A DNA stretch of 64,000 bases from Trichosphaerium sp. ATCC 40318 (lineage: Eukaryota > Protista > Tubulinea). Location: assembly GCA_038496445.1 (NCBI GenBank), contig JALMLS010000484.1, positions 1 through 64,000 of the forward strand, in the 5' to 3' direction. Positions 1 to 11,162 of this stretch are shown piece by piece (positions within the stretch are counted from its first letter, which is position 1; the number at the start of each line of letters is the position of its first letter). The notes beneath the pieces were generated by a model. It was given only the letters and a program-made list of their open reading frames with translations. It made no database searches and had not been told where the DNA came from. The position numbers and the translations under genes are program-made.

Positions 1-152
1 CCGTACTTAACCCGTATGGGTTCCGTACTTTGACCGTACAAACCCGTACGTGACCCGTACTTTTGTCCCGTACGTAAACCCGTACGGGTTCCATATGTTT
101 GACCCGTACTCTACCCGTACGGGTTACGTACGGGATCGTACGGGTAGAGTAC
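1..152. repeat. ACCCGTAC-core minisatellite array, truncated by window start and ending in a hairpin
   Basis: Many copies of (A)CCCGTAC and the palindrome CCCGTACGGG; 106-121 (gtactctacccgtacg) is the exact reverse complement of 137-152. Confidence 0.9.
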
Positions 153-349
153 AATTAAATAATATGAAAAATTGAATTTTGGATACAGAACATACTCCTC
201 TTTTTTCCATACAATGTATGTATTACACATATATCACATGTTGTGCCAAAACCACAACCATCAGTATACACTTGCAATCAAAAAAAAATTTGGCCATCAA
301 ATTTGTTTGGATTTGGCAATCAAAATCCAAAAAAAAAAATTACTGCATA

Positions 350-984
350 AATGGCAGCTTGTAATCGTAAGGTACAAAAACATGTATTATTAATAGATGA
401 GGGTGTTTTAAGGTTATTAGGGCATTTACTTAAAAAGTAGAGGAGAAAACTTAATAAAGTGCAAAATGTAGCTTTTTGCTGAATTTTGTTGTTTTATTGA
501 ATAACTTTGGTCTGACTGTACGAACTGCTCAGAAAATGTAGCATTAGGTATATTTAGGTATGATGCATGGTTTCATGGTGGTTTGGGGATCAACTCACCA
601 TTTTTAGGCAAAAACGACAGAAAATATGTATTTGGAGTAGTTTAAGGATATTATGGCCTAATAGCTCTATTAAACCACTTTTTAAAGGCGATTATGGGTT
701 TCAAGCATTTTCTGAAATAGTCGTTAAGTTGTGGATATTAAGTTGGGTTTTAGGACAATTAAGGCATGATGTCTAAAATATCTCCTCAAACAGGTTAAAA
801 ACATGGTCATTTAGTGGTAATGGGGTTGTAATGTAATGTAATGTATTGTAATGTGTTGTAATGTAAATGTACTTGTAAAAGTTAAGAAAACAATAAACCA
901 ATCCATCGTTTTTACTATTTTGTGTACACGCTTATAACTGCCGACACATATTTTGACCCGTACCTAACCCGTACGGGTTCTGTA
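350..984 (+). repeat. Left arm of ~630-bp long inverted repeat
   Basis: Reverse complement of 2802-3428 with few substitutions and one short indel. ORFs 567..776(+) and 3002..3211(-) differ at one residue. Contains a (TGTAA)n tract near 827-870. Confidence 0.95.
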
Positions 985-1125
985 CTTTTGACCCGTACTC
1001 AACCCGTACGGAACCCGTACTTTTGACCCGTACTCAACCCGTACGGAACCCGTACTTTTGACCCGTACTCAACCCATACGGGATCCGTACTTTTTGACCT
1101 GTACTCTACCCGTACATTATCTGTA
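950..1125 (+). repeat. Tandem array of ~34-36-nt units (ttttgacccgtactcaacccgtacggaacccgtac)
   Basis: About 4-5 consecutive units, same family as 1-152 and, inverted, 6130-6308. Confidence 0.9.
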
Positions 1126-1199
1126 CTCCCGATTTTACTACTGGTTATGTATTGTAATAAATTGTTTTTTTCTTTTTCTTTATAAAGTGGTGTTTTATG

Positions 1200-1476
1200 C
1201 ATGCTCAAAACATGTGATATGCGTGGCAAATATGTGTGCCCAAAACGTGCCCAAAAAGTGGAAAATAAATGTGCCTAAAACGTGCCCAAAACATAGATAA
1301 TAAACGTGCCCAAAACGTGCGATTTGCGTGGCCAGCATGTGGAAGAGAAACATGCCTTTTGTGTGGGAAAAAAACACGCCCAAAACGTGTCCAAAACGTG
1401 TCTTTTGTGTGGAAAATAAATGTGCCCAAAAGGTGCCCAAAACATGTGATTTGCGTTCTGTCCGATTCCACCACTG
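1200..1476 (-). mobile_element. Partial inverted copy of the CAGTGGTGG-terminus MITE
   Basis: Ends in tccgattccaccactg (TIR); the internal gtgcccaaaac repeats match 3971-4145 in reverse orientation. Confidence 0.75.
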
Positions 1477-2179
1477 TGGTCATTTTTTTTGGGTGTTATT
1501 GAAAAAGATGGGAAAAATAAGACTAATTGGATGGAAATGCTGCATAAATACAGAAGAAAAGTGATTGGATGGGATGAAAAGTATAAAAGCAACAAACACC
1601 AGTACAACAATGAGTTTTTTCCTAATTTTTTTTGTAATTAAAATGTCTTTTAACTTCCCTTTGTGTGCTTTCAGTGTGGAACATTCAGTGATGGAAAAGG
1701 CTTCATATCTTTATTTGCTATTTGTAGTGCTCACAACAAAGTTAACACGAAAATTATTTTTGGAGTAATAAAACAAAAAATGAAATGTGTGGTCTACAGC
1801 ATATTAGAGATTCTACAGTTGGTATGTTATTAAAAACTCAATTTAGTTTTTGTCATATTATACTAACAACATTTTACAGGCAAAACCAAGAAACAAATGC
1901 ACATAATATGCACTCAACCTCCAAAACCTTGCAGTCACAAATGCAAACGCCAAAGCATGAACCCATTGATGTTGATACCACAACATTTAATTTACAACTC
2001 ACCTTCCTTTGCCTTCAAAAAAATCAGTGAAGAATGACAACAATGCTGTATCAACCCATTTTAATGTACTTGAAGTCAGAGGTATTGATTTGGTAAATGA
2101 GGCTGTATGGTGTTCATTACAATACATAACACAAAGAGGTTTGGTACAATTATTACAAACTTTACATAAAATTATCCAC

Positions 2180-2450
2180 ATAAACAATACCAGTTTATAT
2201 CAACCAACTTCATGTTTTTGCCATTTTGCGTGCTTTTTTCACCAATTCTACCTTATTGTAAATACTTAAGCAAGAACTTACCTAATTAGGCAAAAAATCT
2301 CAAATCCAATAATCGTCTTTAAAAAGGAGTTTAATGGAGTTATTGAGCCATAATATCCTTAAACTACCCTAAATACCTATTTTCTATTGTTTTTGCCTTA
2401 AAAAGGGGCACAAACCCCAAACCACCACAAAACCATGCATCATACCTAAT
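2180..2450. repeat. Dispersed repeat module, inverted relative to ~5540-5770 and a diverged paralog of part of the long IR arm
   Basis: ccagtttatatcaaccaact...gccataatatccttaaactaccctaaatacc matches the reverse complement of 5540-5770 and resembles 3115-3225. Confidence 0.8.
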
Positions 2451-2801
2451 AGTGGGCCATACTTTGGTTTTTAAAGGATTTGTACTAGTAGACCTGAGTT
2501 ATTCACGAAAAATAGGAAAATCAAGAAATTGTTGGTTTTTGGGTATTTTTAGATTTTCATGTACTTTTTAAAGCCATGCCAATATAAACCTAACTATTGC
2601 TTACTTGGGTGAAAATACGTGTTTTATTGTTAACGATCAGAGACGATCAGCTTTGGGGTGAGATGGTTGAGTTTTGAGTTTGTCAATTTTTTATTTGTAT
2701 TTTTCTCCAAATTTCTATTAAGGACAGGTCATGGTTAAAACACACAAATGGCACGTTTTGGACACATTTATTGCAAATTTCCAACATGTGAATGGCACGT
2801 T

Positions 2802-3428
2802 TACAGAACCCATACGGGTTAGGTACGGGTCAAAATATGTGTCGGCAGTTATAATTGTGTACACAAAATAGTAAAAACGATGGATTGGTTTATTGTTTTC
2901 TTAACTATTACAAGTACATTTACATTACAACACATTACAATACATTACAGTACATTACAACCCCATTACCACTAAATGACCATGCTGTTTGAGGAGATAT
3001 TTTAGACATCATGCCTTAATTGTCCTAAAACCCAACTTAATATCCACAACTTAATGACTATTTCAGAAAATGCTTGAAACCCATAATCACCTTTAAAAAG
3101 TGGTTTAATAGAGCTATTAGGCCATAATATCCTTAAACTACTCCAAATACATATTTTCTGTCGTTTTTGCCTAAAAATGGTGAGTTGATCCCCAAACCAC
3201 CATGAAACCATGCATCATACCTAAATATACCTAATGCTACATTTTCTGAGCAGTTCATACAGTCAGACCAAAGTTATTCAATAAAACAACAAAATTCAGC
3301 AAAAAGCTACATTTTGCACTTTATTAAGTTTTCTCCTCTACTTTTTAAGTAAATGCCCTAATAACCTTAAAACACCCTCATCTATTAATAATACATGTTT
3401 TTGTACCTTACGATTACAAGCTGCCATT
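2802..3428 (-). repeat. Right arm of ~630-bp long inverted repeat
   Basis: Reverse complement of 350-984. Confidence 0.95.
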
Positions 3429-3970
3429 GACAGTGATATGGATTACACATGTAACTAAATAAAATATTTTTTGGGGACATCATGAAGCACATCAAAGTTA
3501 ATTACATGCAAACTGTCAATACTGCATATACACAATATGCAATTCTACCATGACATGGAATGATGTACAATCCAGGATTTTTCAAGAGTGTAAACAATTT
3601 GTTTTAAGTGGAATGATCTGGTACTTGTTAACGATTGGAGGAGATCAGCTTTGGGGTGAGATGGTTGAGTTTTGAGTTTTATTTTCAATTTTGGTCAAAT
3701 TTCTATTAAGGTTAAAACATGCAAATGACACGTTTTGGGCACATTTATTGCAAATATACAACATGTGAATGGCATGTTTTAAGCATGCATATTTTGTCCA
3801 ATTCCACCACAGATTTACTGGAGTTTTTTGATTTTTGTGAGAATTGCAGCCACCAAATACCTAGGCTTTACTTTGTCTCCTTTCTACACCTTAACTTTTG
3901 ATTTTCATGCAGCACTTACCAAAATTACCAAATCTCTCAATTCATTTTTTTTTTTTTAAAAACAAATCTC

Positions 3971-4366
3971 CAGTGGTGGAATTGGACAGAACGCAAATCA
4001 CACATTTTGGGCACATTTTGGGCATGTTTATTTTCCACACAAAAGACACGTTTTGGACACATTTTGGGCACATTTTTTTTCCACACAAAAGGCACGTTTC
4101 TCTTCCACATGCTGGCCACACAAATCGCACATTTTGGGCACACATAAAACACCACTTTTTAGAGGAAAAATTTTTTTATTTTGAATTTTTCTCCAAATTT
4201 CTATTAAGGACAGGTCATGGTTAAAACACGCAAATGGCACGTTTTGGGCACGTTTATTGCAAATATACAACGCACAAATGGCACGTTTTGGACACGTTTT
4301 GGCACGTTTATTTTCCACACAAATGACATGTTTTAGGCACGCGTATTTTGTCCGATTCCACCACTG
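3971..4366. mobile_element. MITE-like non-autonomous DNA transposon (~396 bp)
   Basis: Left end cagtggtggaattggacagaa and right end (reverse complement) cagtggtggaatcggacaaaa form a ~21-bp TIR with 2 mismatches. TCTC lies directly on both flanks. Internal cacgttttggg repeats; partial copies at ~1200-1476, ~2700-2800, ~3698-3812 and ~5354-5540. Confidence 0.75.
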
Positions 4367-4369
4367 TCT

Positions 4370-5290
4370 CAATTCATGGAAACTCTATGTTAAAACTACT
4401 TTATATACTGATTTATGGGAATTTGGATTGTCTAATATAGGCAATGTTTGTTTTAACCAATGGTATAAGCTAGCTAAAAGTGTCAAAATAACCCTTACAC
4501 AAAGGTACACCAAAGTGTCTGATATTGTCAAACACAATACACCCAAACCCTCTGAGGTCAAATGGCCTCCCACATTACAATCAATGAGAGATAAAGAATG
4601 GAAGGTTCATAATATGTTAAAATCTGTCAGCTTCCTTAGAGGAGCCAACAGGCCACAGGATATTCTTTGGCATTTTTTATTAAAATTACTACCAGTTAGG
4701 CATTCTGATTCCCAATACCCATTGCAACATCATTGTCTCTTTTTTGAGTGGGATTTTGCTAGAGCTATTGGTACATAGGAAAAAGCTATTCATATCAGCT
4801 TTATTATGCATTGTATATGAAAAAGTCATAATTCTCTTATCCACAACCAAGAAATTCCTCCTACTCACAAAGTGATGCAAAACATTTTGATAGCAATGAA
4901 CATTGACAACTTCCAATGTGAATCTCTACCAAATGAAGACAAGTTTACAAAAGTTGGTTGCTACTGGAAAGCTACCAACTGGCTGGCTGACTTCAAAGAC
5001 ATTTGGGAGGATTGGGGCGCTGGTTTACCTCCACCTCCTGATCCCCCACCTTTACCACCTATTAATCCTCAAAATACTTATATTAACAAGCATTCCATCA
5101 ATCTAACCCAACCTTTAGTTAGGAAAAGTAGGCAAAGACACAATTATTACTCAGACTATGAAAGCTCAGATGAATGGGATGATGACCTCTTCTTTGATCT
5201 ATAAACAATACATGTAATTTACCATGTAATACAATGCATGTGTGGTTATTGTTGTCCACAGCACAATAAACCCACCCAAAAAAATAAAAA
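4370..5290 (+). pseudogene. Decayed 3' end of a non-LTR retrotransposon ORF2 (zf-RVT-like, L1/Tx1-type)
   Basis: ORFs 4257..4778 and 4872..5204 are in one frame, separated by stops. They carry LWHFLLKLLP...HCLFFEWDFARAI and CI*KSHN (cf. IWKxRN) motifs of the LINE C-terminal zinc region. AATAAA and an A-rich tail follow at ~5264-5290. Confidence 0.6.
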
Positions 5291-5353
5291 TTTTGTGTGA
5301 ATTGTGAAATTGAACATATGACATGTTTTAAACACATGTATTTTATGGTAGGT

Positions 5354-5540
5354 ACAATGGTGGAATTGGACAAAATACTTGTGCTCAAAATGTGCCATAT
5401 GCATGGAAAATATACATGCTTAAAACTTGCCCAAAATGTGCCCAAAACGTGCCATTCACATGTTGTATATTTGCAATAAATGTGCCCAAAATGCCATATG
5501 CATGTTTTAACCATGACCTGTCCTTAATAGAAATTTGGCC
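5354..5540 (-). mobile_element. Partial decayed copy of the MITE (one TIR)
   Basis: Begins caatggtggaattggacaaaatac; reverse complement of ~4193-4366 with CpG->TpG/CpA changes. Confidence 0.7.
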
Positions 5541-6129
5541 TTTTTAAAGCAAAAACAATAAAAAATAGGTATTTAGGGTAGATTAAGGATATTATGGCTC
5601 AATAACTCCATTAAACCCTTTTTAAAGATGATGATTGGATTTGATTTAAGATTTTTTGCCTAATGAGATAAGTTCTTGCTTAAGTATTTACAATAAGGCA
5701 GGATTGGCAAAAAAGCAGGCAAAATGGCAAAAACATGGAGTTGGTTGATATAAACTGGGTATTGTTTATGTAGACCATTTGGCAGTGTAGAAATTCATCA
5801 ATAAAATACAGCATACCCAGAACTTTACACCAATGGTGCTTCTTCTGTTTTCCTAGCAAATAGTGTTAGCTATTTTATATGTAGAGTGTACGATAAAGAT
5901 GGTTGTTATGTAGTAGTACGCGCTATCCAGTTTTTTTGAACAATAATCATTAAATATTGTAAAGAAAACCTACTGACACCTGAAGAAGTGCAAATCAAAA
6001 CTGAAATGTTAGAGGTATGCCAGTACCAAACATGTGTAATAAGCGATGTTAGATATGTAAGGCAAATAGGGGTGACATTGCAGGCATTAAACCATGTTCT
6101 GACAAAGTTCATTCATTTGGTATTTAATA

Positions 6130-6308
6130 GAGTACAGGTCAAAAAGTACGTATCCTGTACAGGTAGAGTACAGGTCAAAAAGTACATATCCTGTACAGGT
6201 AGAGTACAGGTCAAAAAGTACATATCCCATACAGGTAGAGTAGGGTCAAAAGTATGGAACCCATACGAATTTTGTACAGATAAAAAGTACAAAACCCGTA
6301 CAGGTTAA
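6130..6308 (-). repeat. 36-nt tandem array (agagtacaggtcaaaaagtac[g/a]tatcctgtacaggt), CpG-decayed inverted copy of the ACCCGTAC family
   Basis: Three near-identical 36-mers plus degenerate units; its reverse complement matches 1075-1115. Confidence 0.9.
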
Positions 6309-6408
6309 GACATAAAAAGCCCATAGTATTCTTTATCATCAGTTTACAAAAAAATCCAAACCAAAATCAATGCTAAAAGCTTTACAAGTTACAATTTATT
6401 GCATACAA

Positions 6409-8030
6409 CTATGGTGTATCTAGTATTTGTTGTTTTAATGTTTCAACTTGAGTTGTTAACTCTGAGAATATTTCATCAGCAGGAGCTCTACGACAATCCT
6501 TGAATCCTTGACCTACAAATATTGGAGCAACCATTGCATTACCTGGCATTTACTGAGAATTGAGGTACAAATGAACCACACATACCTCTACTGGCAGCTT
6601 CCCGCATAATGTTCATACACAAATTATGCTGGACAGGAAACAATGGTATGTCCACACTATTAGCATCTGCTTGTTGTACATACTGGTTGGCAAGCGCACG
6701 GGCAGGCCGACCAGTGAAAGATCTGGTAAGGACAGTCGACACCTGCTCCTCTTTTAATACTTTTTTGTAACTGTCTTGCAGTCCACTTTCATCCGCCTCC
6801 ATGAACGCTGTGCCCATCATTACACCTAAACGCTATTGTAAGCCATCACAACTGCACTGGAGACATGCACACCATCAGCACCGAGTATACATGACGCGAG
6901 TATGGAACGACCATCCATTATACCGCCACAAGCAATGATAGGCACTTGTGGAAGCTCCTTGCGCACCAGAGGCACCAACACAAAGTGGCCAAGCATGTTT
7001 GTCTCCTTGAACTCGTCTGCTAGAAACACAGCACGTTGACCACCCGCTTCAAGTCCTGAGAGTATGAATAAGTTCAAGCGGTGACAAAAACGGAAAAAAC
7101 AAAGACGACAGACAACATTGGTTGATACCACTGCACTCTTTGTGAATAACGAACCTTGTACTACCAACACATCTGCACCAGCATTCTCAAACATCTTGGC
7201 CTCCTTGACACAAGTGCAGGTTCCGAGTATCATAATGTCGTTTTTCTTACACTAAAAAAACAGAGATTCAAGTCAACATAAACAAGCACTATCAAACATG
7301 GATGGTTATATAGCTTACCTTTAGAATAGCCTTGAAGGAAGGAATGCCGAATGAGAATTGCACAACGGGTACTTTCTCTTGTATGCAGACATCCAGCTTT
7401 TCAGCAAAGTAGGGAAACATTTGTGAGGTTAGATCTACACGTCTCTTCTTTTGTGGAGGTTCTTGCAATCTCAGTTAAACAACCGGTATATTTAGAACAT
7501 TTTACATACCTGTGTCGAGTATACCTTGATCGACAGCCACCTTGAGGAGCAGCTTTCGCGATACTTCCACTTTTCTTTGCAAGACTTGTTTGTCCGACAT
7601 GCCATGGTCGTAAGGAACCAATAGATTAACACCAAAAGGCTGAGAGAGTTAGTTAGGCAGAGCAATTTAAAAATAAATCAACTATATCCTGTCAAAAAAG
7701 GCAGGCATCGTAATGCGTTTATTACGAAAGCTGTTTTTGAGAGTAAAAAAAGTTGAAAAGGCGATTACCTTGTCGGTTAATTTTGCAATTTGACGAATAT
7801 TCGTTCTTAGTTCTTCTGGTTCGAGTACGCCAGCACCAAATATACCCAACCCACCCTTATTAGACACGGCGGCTACTAGCGCAGGCGTAGCTATAATTTC
7901 GTTCTAAAAAACAAATGTGAAAACCTAAAACCACGCGTTGTGTGCGTACTGTGATGGCCAGAGTCATAGGCGCGAGCACTATGGGGTACTCTATGCCAAG
8001 TGCTTCTGTAAGCTTGGTTTTAGGCCACAT
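6409..8030 (-). CDS. Nitronate monooxygenase (2-nitropropane dioxygenase family), multi-exon
   Basis: MWPKTKLTEALGIEYPIVLAPM, GGLGIFGAG, EAGGQR, PIIACGGIMDGR, MGTAF and TRSFTGRPARAL motifs. Confidence 0.9.
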
Positions 8031-8268
8031 TGTAGCTCTTGCGATAATAGATGTTTTGATACGTATTGCTTGAAGTCTATGTAAAACTACTTCACAGTTT
8101 TACAAAAAAACCGAATTTACATTTTTTTGCGAGTTAAACGACCAGCGTTGAATATCTGTGGTGACTTTTGTGACGCTTTATTTGAACAGTAGCGAAGTAA
8201 ACGTCTAAAACGTGAGTCAAATTTGAAAAGAACCTCCGTGAGCTTACGACGCGCTTAGGTAACGCAAG

Positions 8269-9419
8269 ATGGCAGATTATGTGCCTCAAGAAATAAAGAT
8301 TAAGGTTGTGGTAGTGGGGAACGCTGGAGCCGGTAAAACAGTGCGAACAATCAATGCTTTTACATTTTACTAAAACCAAGACGTAGAGTATAGTGCGTAG
8401 GTACACGGGAAACAAGTACTCGACGAATTACCTACCAACTGTATGTTGTGGAATTTTCGCTTCTGTTTTTACATAGGTTTTCTCACTGGCGTTGTAGATT
8501 GGCGTAGACTTCGCGACAAAGAAGCTAACAGTACCAGTTGGCAATAAAAAAATAACAGTGTCACTTCAGTTGTGGTAAGTCCCGTTTTCGTTTGTTTTTT
8601 TTTTCAAATGGATAACGCGCCTTGTAACTTACAATAATGTGTAGGGACATTGCCGGGTATGTAGAAACTCACCACTGAGCGTTTGACTTGCCCAAGCGTA
8701 CCCCTTTTTACGGGACTGGGACATTACCAAGCCGTCACGGCCGTCTAACTAACTGTTTACCCTATAGACAGGAGCGATTCGGATCCATGACGAGCATATA
8801 CTATCGTGCTGCAAAGGGAGCAATCATTGTGTTTGATCTGACAAATGAAAAGACATTTAAAGCTGTGGATAACTGGTATAATGACATTAAACAAAAAGTT
8901 GACACATGTACGGCCCCATCGTATTTTTGTTTGTTGAGTTTGTTCTATTATCAAATTAACAATGACATGCAGCAAACATTCCAACAATGTTACTTGGCAA
9001 CAAGGTATGCTTGATCCTAGCCGTCGTTCAAGGTGTGCCATCTAATATACCGTGTAATAGGTAGATTTAATCACAAACACTGTGCAAGCTTGTGTTTCAG
9101 ACGCAGACGTAGATAGCCTGGCCGGGGAGAAGGAGTTTATTGGGTGGTATGCACCAACAAGACATTAATTCCTTTTCACTTTTATTTGTGTGGGTCGTGA
9201 TGTCATATAGTAACCTCTGTGCTGTGTAGGAACAAGACATCCGCAAAGAAGAACCTTAATATTGACAAGGCGATGGAAGAGCTGGTTACAAACATTGTCG
9301 CACAGATGGACATCGGACGGGAGCCCGATCAAGACCACGAGATTGTGCGCGTCTCGTCTAGAAGAAACGGAAGCAGGCCTACTCAAGCAAATAGCGAGCC
9401 AGGATGTTGCTGGAAATAA
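8269..9419 (+). CDS. RAB32: Rab GTPase of the Rab32/38 group, multi-exon
   Basis: GNAGAGKT, TIGVDF, spliced WDIAGQERF (DIAG is the Rab32/38/29 signature), NKVD, TSAK and C-terminal GCCWK prenylation motif. Confidence 0.85.
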
Positions 9420-9615
9420 GTGTAAATAGTAGCTGTAAAAAAAACCAACAAGAACATTTTTTCATATTAATACCAAGGCTAAAAATACTTGACACTTTTT
9501 TTGACGTCATTTCAGCGCCAAATTAGCGGAATTTCTAGCGGAACCTATCACCTTTAGCAACTTTATCAACCGCCTATTTCTCCCACATATAAGCCTATTT
9601 GCAACCGAGAAGACC

Positions 9616-11121
9616 ATGGCTGAGCATACTGACGAACAAGCGTTAACGGCGCTACTTACAGACAACTGTACAAATGTATGCCTATACCTTGAAACTACGC
9701 TAACACAGTACAGTATCACCCTCAGAATTGGCGTTCGATCTCTAATCATTGTTCTATGACATTGCTCTCCTTAAAGGAGCTTGGCGCGCCGCAAAAAGTA
9801 CGCTCAACGTACCTTTCATGCAGCTGACGCTGCTGTAGACGATTCAAGCATTTTATGATAATTATGCGTCACATAGAACACCTTGGCGACAGGACGGGCC
9901 CTACTCTACCACAGATGTAACTGACGCGAACTGGATAAGTTTCTTAGGACAAAGGTTAGTTATCGTTGGCGACAAATACTCGATTACTAACGACAAGATG
10001 CATAGAGCCCTAGTGCGCCAGTACAATAAATACTGGCTATCCAAACTAGACAAAGAAAGTCTTCAAAACGTCATACAGTACGTGTGCACGTGACACGTGC
10101 CAAATATACGCACAATCACTAATGTAACATAGGTTCGCGCTTCCTGTGTTAGCAGTTGGGCAGTCCAAGGGTCTATTCCATCCTCTCATACGGCTGTCAT
10201 TTGCAATATTGAGGCCTAACAATTTGGAAGAAATAGCTACGGCGCTTGCATACTTTTGCATTCGCTACGAAGCACCCTATCAAGGCGCTGGCCCAACAGA
10301 CGGCAGCAGGTTTAGCCAGCAATCACAGAACTTCAAAGCCGCTGAGGTACTTGTTCAGCCTGTTTAAGCCAGTTTAGAGTCTACAAAGCACCTTCCCTCC
10401 TCTAAATGATTTGTGGTAGGTTTGGCAGTCACTCGCTAATTCTGATGCAATTGCTGCTGTACCACATAGCCGAAGCACTTTCAGCGCATTGACACAGCTT
10501 TCATGCAACCCTGTAGTTATCAACCATCTTCGACAGCATTGGCATGTTAACCCTCAAAACGTGAGAGAGGCATTCAAAGCCATAAGTGTACTGGCCATTA
10601 AGCTATATTTGATCGGTACAACTAAATCACAGAACAGATTTTGTTTTATTAATAATCACTTGATAGAACCTGCACTTACGACGTTGCACGGTGTAACAGG
10701 GTCACAAGCGTTGGCTTCATTTTTCCCTTATTTGACCGACACACAACGTCTTGATAGTCTTTGGTACTTATGGCTCTGGTACGCACAAGACAACACGTTA
10801 TAATATGAGCGCTTATGCCATGAAAGGTTGAGCGTATTATTCATAGAAAAGGGCATGCCAAAACAAATATTTAATGTCTATCCACAAAAAACTGTAACCA
10901 CGCGGGACTGGGACAATATCAAGATGGCTGCCGTGCAGTCACCTCACGTACATGTTATTAAGATGGTGTATACTTGTAATATCCTATTTGAGGTACGCAC
11001 CATGCGGAGTTGTGTTGTAGAAACTGAAACGCTTACAACCTTCTTTCAAATACAGGAAAATCCACACCCTGCATTTTACGATGCCAGCAAGTTAGTTGTT
11101 GATCAACGTGCTCCTTGGTAA
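9616..11121 (+). CDS. Hypothetical multi-exon protein, predicted helical
   Basis: Run of + strand exons bounded by GT..AG introns from MAEHTDEQAL to ...VVDQRAPW*; no motif recognised. Confidence 0.55.
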
Positions 11122-11162
11122 ACCTCGCTTGTTAGGCGAATGTTTGTAAACCGAGGTGCAAT

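Noticed and set aside
567-776. 69-aa ORF duplicated at 3002..3211
   Set aside because: By-product of the inverted repeat; no protein motif, and diverged paralogous copies do not keep the frame.
999-1610. Overlapping short ORFs with repeated CPK/FGH/RTG words (also 3898-4372 and 5119-5514)
   Set aside because: Translations of non-coding tandem repeats and MITE internal repeats.
1785-2269. Short ORFs in the spacer of the long inverted repeat as a transposase
   Set aside because: No DDE, zinc-finger or other recognisable motif; could be decayed coding sequence but cannot be supported.
5780-6125. Possible gene remnant between repeats
   Set aside because: Interrupted by stops and no family recognised.
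6130-6240. 36-nt periodic array as a CRISPR- or TIGR-like guide array
   Set aside because: Units are essentially identical with no variable spacers, belong to the ACCCGTAC minisatellite family, and no effector gene is adjacent.
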